A stretch of DNA of 64,000 bases from positions 3,979-67,978 of the forward strand of contig CAXBLT010000004.1 of assembly GCA_963976795.1 (NCBI GenBank). The letters run 5' to 3'. The stretch's first letter is position 1. Every line of letters begins with the position of its first letter. The translations under genes and the position numbers were made by a program. Below, piece after piece: positions 62,112 through 64,000 of this stretch. The notes below the pieces were generated by a model, which did not search any database, was not told where the DNA came from, and saw nothing but the letters and a program-made list of their open reading frames with translations. The stretch is from an uncultured Gammaproteobacteria bacterium. GTDB lineage: Bacteria > Pseudomonadota > Gammaproteobacteria > Eutrophobiales > Eutrophobiaceae.

Positions 62112-63168
62112 GTACTTCCTGGTTTTTCTGGTTATTAGTTTAGCGGCGTTTCTTGTTGTCCAGACTATTGATAAAGACAATAACTTTTTGGTCAATGATC
62201 ATATAGATGATGACTCTGATGAAAATGATGATGAAAGAGAAATGATTTCTATCATAGATGGTTACAAGGCAATTCGTCTTGATAAGGAGGTTGCTGAAGC
62301 GTCAGGGTTGAAGTTTGCGCCATTAAAAATTATTTCTATTAGAACAGAATTCATTGCCTATGCTGAAGTGGTTAATGTGCAGCCTTTGGTTTCTTTAAAT
62401 ACAGAACACAATGACCTATTAGCCGAACGTAAGGTCTTGCAAAATGATCTATATAACCATAATAAAATTTTAAAACGTGCGCAGGCATTACATAAAGTAA
62501 AAAGTCTTTCGACACGCGATCTGGAGAAAATTCGTTTTGAACGAGACCAAAAAGCATCCGAGTTAAATGCGGTTAATACGCGCATAAATAGCTTTGTTTT
62601 CAGGGTCAAGTCTAATTGGGGTGACATATTATCTAAGCTTGTTCTTGATAAAGAACAGCAGGGTATGTTTGATAAAATTGCCTTGCAGAAAAAAGCACTT
62701 ATATTATTGTCGTTGCCGAAAAATAAAACGCTAAACCACCTGAATCAAACGGTATTTATCAGTGCTTTAAATAAGAGAGAGGTAGCGCAAGAGAGTTCTT
62801 ATCTTGATCAAGCAAAACAGGTTAATAACCCGTTGTATGGTGAAAGTTATTTTTACTTGCTTGATTCCCGGAAAGTGCGGTCGGGAATGCGTTTGTTCGC
62901 ATGGATAGAAGAGAGTGGCAATATTAGTGAAGGTTCTTTCGTCACAGATAGAGCAGTCATTTGGTATGCTAATGAACCATGGATCTACGTTAAACATGAT
63001 GATGAATTGTTTATAAGAAAACCTCTGGGCGATGCTAAAAAAATAGATAATGGTTGGTTATTGGAAGACGAGGCACTGGTTGGTGATGACTTGGTAGTTA
63101 TTGAAGGTGGACAAACCTTGTTATCAGAAGAATTTAAGTGGGCTATCCCTGATGAGAATGATGATTAA
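62092..63168 (+). CDS. efflux RND periplasmic adaptor (membrane fusion protein), divergent
   Basis: N-terminal TM anchor, coiled-coil hairpin, position between the OMF and RND pump genes. Start set at the ATG after a purine-rich SD (the track uses TTG 62077). Confidence 0.65.
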   Translation: MMNWLTKYFLVFLVISLAAFLVVQTIDKDNNFLVNDHIDDDSDENDDEREMISIIDGYKAIRLDKEVAEASGLKFAPLKIISIRTEFIAYAEVVNVQPLVSLNTEHNDLLAERKVLQNDLYNHNKILKRAQALHKVKSLSTRDLEKIRFERDQKASELNAVNTRINSFVFRVKSNWGDILSKLVLDKEQQGMFDKIALQKKALILLSLPKNKTLNHLNQTVFISALNKREVAQESSYLDQAKQVNNPLYGESYFYLLDSRKVRSGMRLFAWIEESGNISEGSFVTDRAVIWYANEPWIYVKHDDELFIRKPLGDAKKIDNGWLLEDEALVGDDLVVIEGGQTLLSEEFKWAIPDENDD

Positions 63169-63183
63169 TCATAAAGTATTATA

Positions 63184-64000
63184 ATGTTAGCCGCGCTCGT
63201 CAGGTTTTCTATTAATTATCGTGGTGTCGTGATTGCGATTGCCATGCTCTTGATGATTTATAGTCTTTATCAATTATCTCGTGCAGGTCTTGACATCTTT
63301 CCTGAGTTTTCTCCGAATCTGATCGTCGTACAAACAGAAGCCCCTGGATATTCGACAGAACAAGTCGAAATTCTTGTTACCAGACCCATTGAAACAACAT
63401 TGTCCGGTTTGATCGGTATTGATCATGTGCGTTCAGAATCTATACAAGGCTTATCTGTAGTCAATATTTATTTTGAAGAAGACACGGATATCTATCGTAA
63501 TCGCCAGCTTGTCTCAGAACGACTTGCCGGATTGATTAACTTGTTGCCAGAAGGTGTCGGTCCCGCTGTCCCTGTACCGATGGCTTCATCATCAGCAACA
63601 ATTTTAACCATGGGCGTGACATCCTCTAGTAAAGACCTGATGGAACTGCGCAGCATGGTTGACTGGAATCTGGTGCCAACGATATTAAGTGTGCCGGGTG
63701 TCGCTGATGTTAATGTCTTCGGTGGAGACATTAAGCAGTTACAGATTCAAATCGATGAAAATAAACTGAGGCAATATGACATCGGGATAAATGAAGTCGC
63801 CGATGTAGCGAAACAAGCAACCGGGATCTTTGGTGCAGGGTTCATTGAGAATAGTAATCAACGCTTAAGTTTAAGTTTGACTGGTTTGCCTGAAAAAATA
63901 GATGAACTGGCGCAGGTTGTCGTCAAGCATAGTGATGGTGTGAGTATTACACTCGGTGATGTTGCTAATATTGATTACGGTGCAGAACCTGCTTTTGGCG
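63184..64000 (+). CDS. CusA/CzcA-family heavy-metal efflux RND transporter (5' part, runs off window)
   Basis: Open frame from ATG 63184: MLAALVRFSINYRGVVIAIAML...FPEFSPNLIVVQTEAPGYSTEQVEILVTRPIE. Not in the ORF track because there is no stop in the window. Confidence 0.85.
   Translation, partial: MLAALVRFSINYRGVVIAIAMLLMIYSLYQLSRAGLDIFPEFSPNLIVVQTEAPGYSTEQVEILVTRPIETTLSGLIGIDHVRSESIQGLSVVNIYFEEDTDIYRNRQLVSERLAGLINLLPEGVGPAVPVPMASSSATILTMGVTSSSKDLMELRSMVDWNLVPTILSVPGVADVNVFGGDIKQLQIQIDENKLRQYDIGINEVADVAKQATGIFGAGFIENSNQRLSLSLTGLPEKIDELAQVVVKHSDGVSITLGDVANIDYGAEPAFG

Overview
A 64-kb chromosomal segment from a low-GC (about 40%) gammaproteobacterium; the species cannot be determined from sequence alone. 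Most of it is conserved housekeeping DNA. The largest block is the classic cluster map-glnD | rpsB-tsf-pyrH-frr-uppS-cdsA-dxr-rseP-bamA-skp-lpxD-fabZ-lpxA-lpxB-rnhB-dnaE-accA-tilS (19.4-40.6 kb). It is flanked by msrA, mtaB, an HDAC-family enzyme, an S9 peptidase, an isocitrate/isopropylmalate-dehydrogenase-family gene, prc, fkpA-like, dusA and mutH. The right end holds ndh and a czcCBA-like heavy-metal RND efflux operon that runs off the window.

Two regions are not ordinary:

1. A complete chromosomal integron at 50.8-57.8 kb. It has an IntI integrase, an attI site and eight cassettes bounded by hand-identified attC sites. The cassettes are: a tandemly duplicated 359-bp cassette; small lipoprotein and membrane-protein cassettes; an inverted ParDE toxin-antitoxin cassette; a nonsense-interrupted cassette; and one unusually large 2.5-kb two-gene cassette. 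That large cassette encodes a PHP-phosphoesterase/ABC-SMC-like ATPase fusion (674 aa) translationally coupled to a 97-aa acidic protein. It is my best candidate for an undescribed, probably anti-phage, system.

2. A tight six-gene minus-strand operon at 42.2-46.7 kb. It combines a MotA/ExbB-type proton channel, a MotB/ExbD-like single-pass partner with a novel periplasmic domain, a two-TM protein and a periplasmic-vWA/cytoplasmic-FHA transmembrane protein. An L,D-transpeptidase and a DUF302 lipoprotein precede them.

Other points of note:
- an unannotated orphan pqqA (24 aa)
- a dehydrogenase gene that appears to require an ATT start codon
- RpsB with a roughly 95-aa Lys/Ala-rich tail
- a decayed Cache-sensor/PP2C phosphatase pseudogene

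No rRNA genes, tRNA genes or CRISPR arrays were seen.
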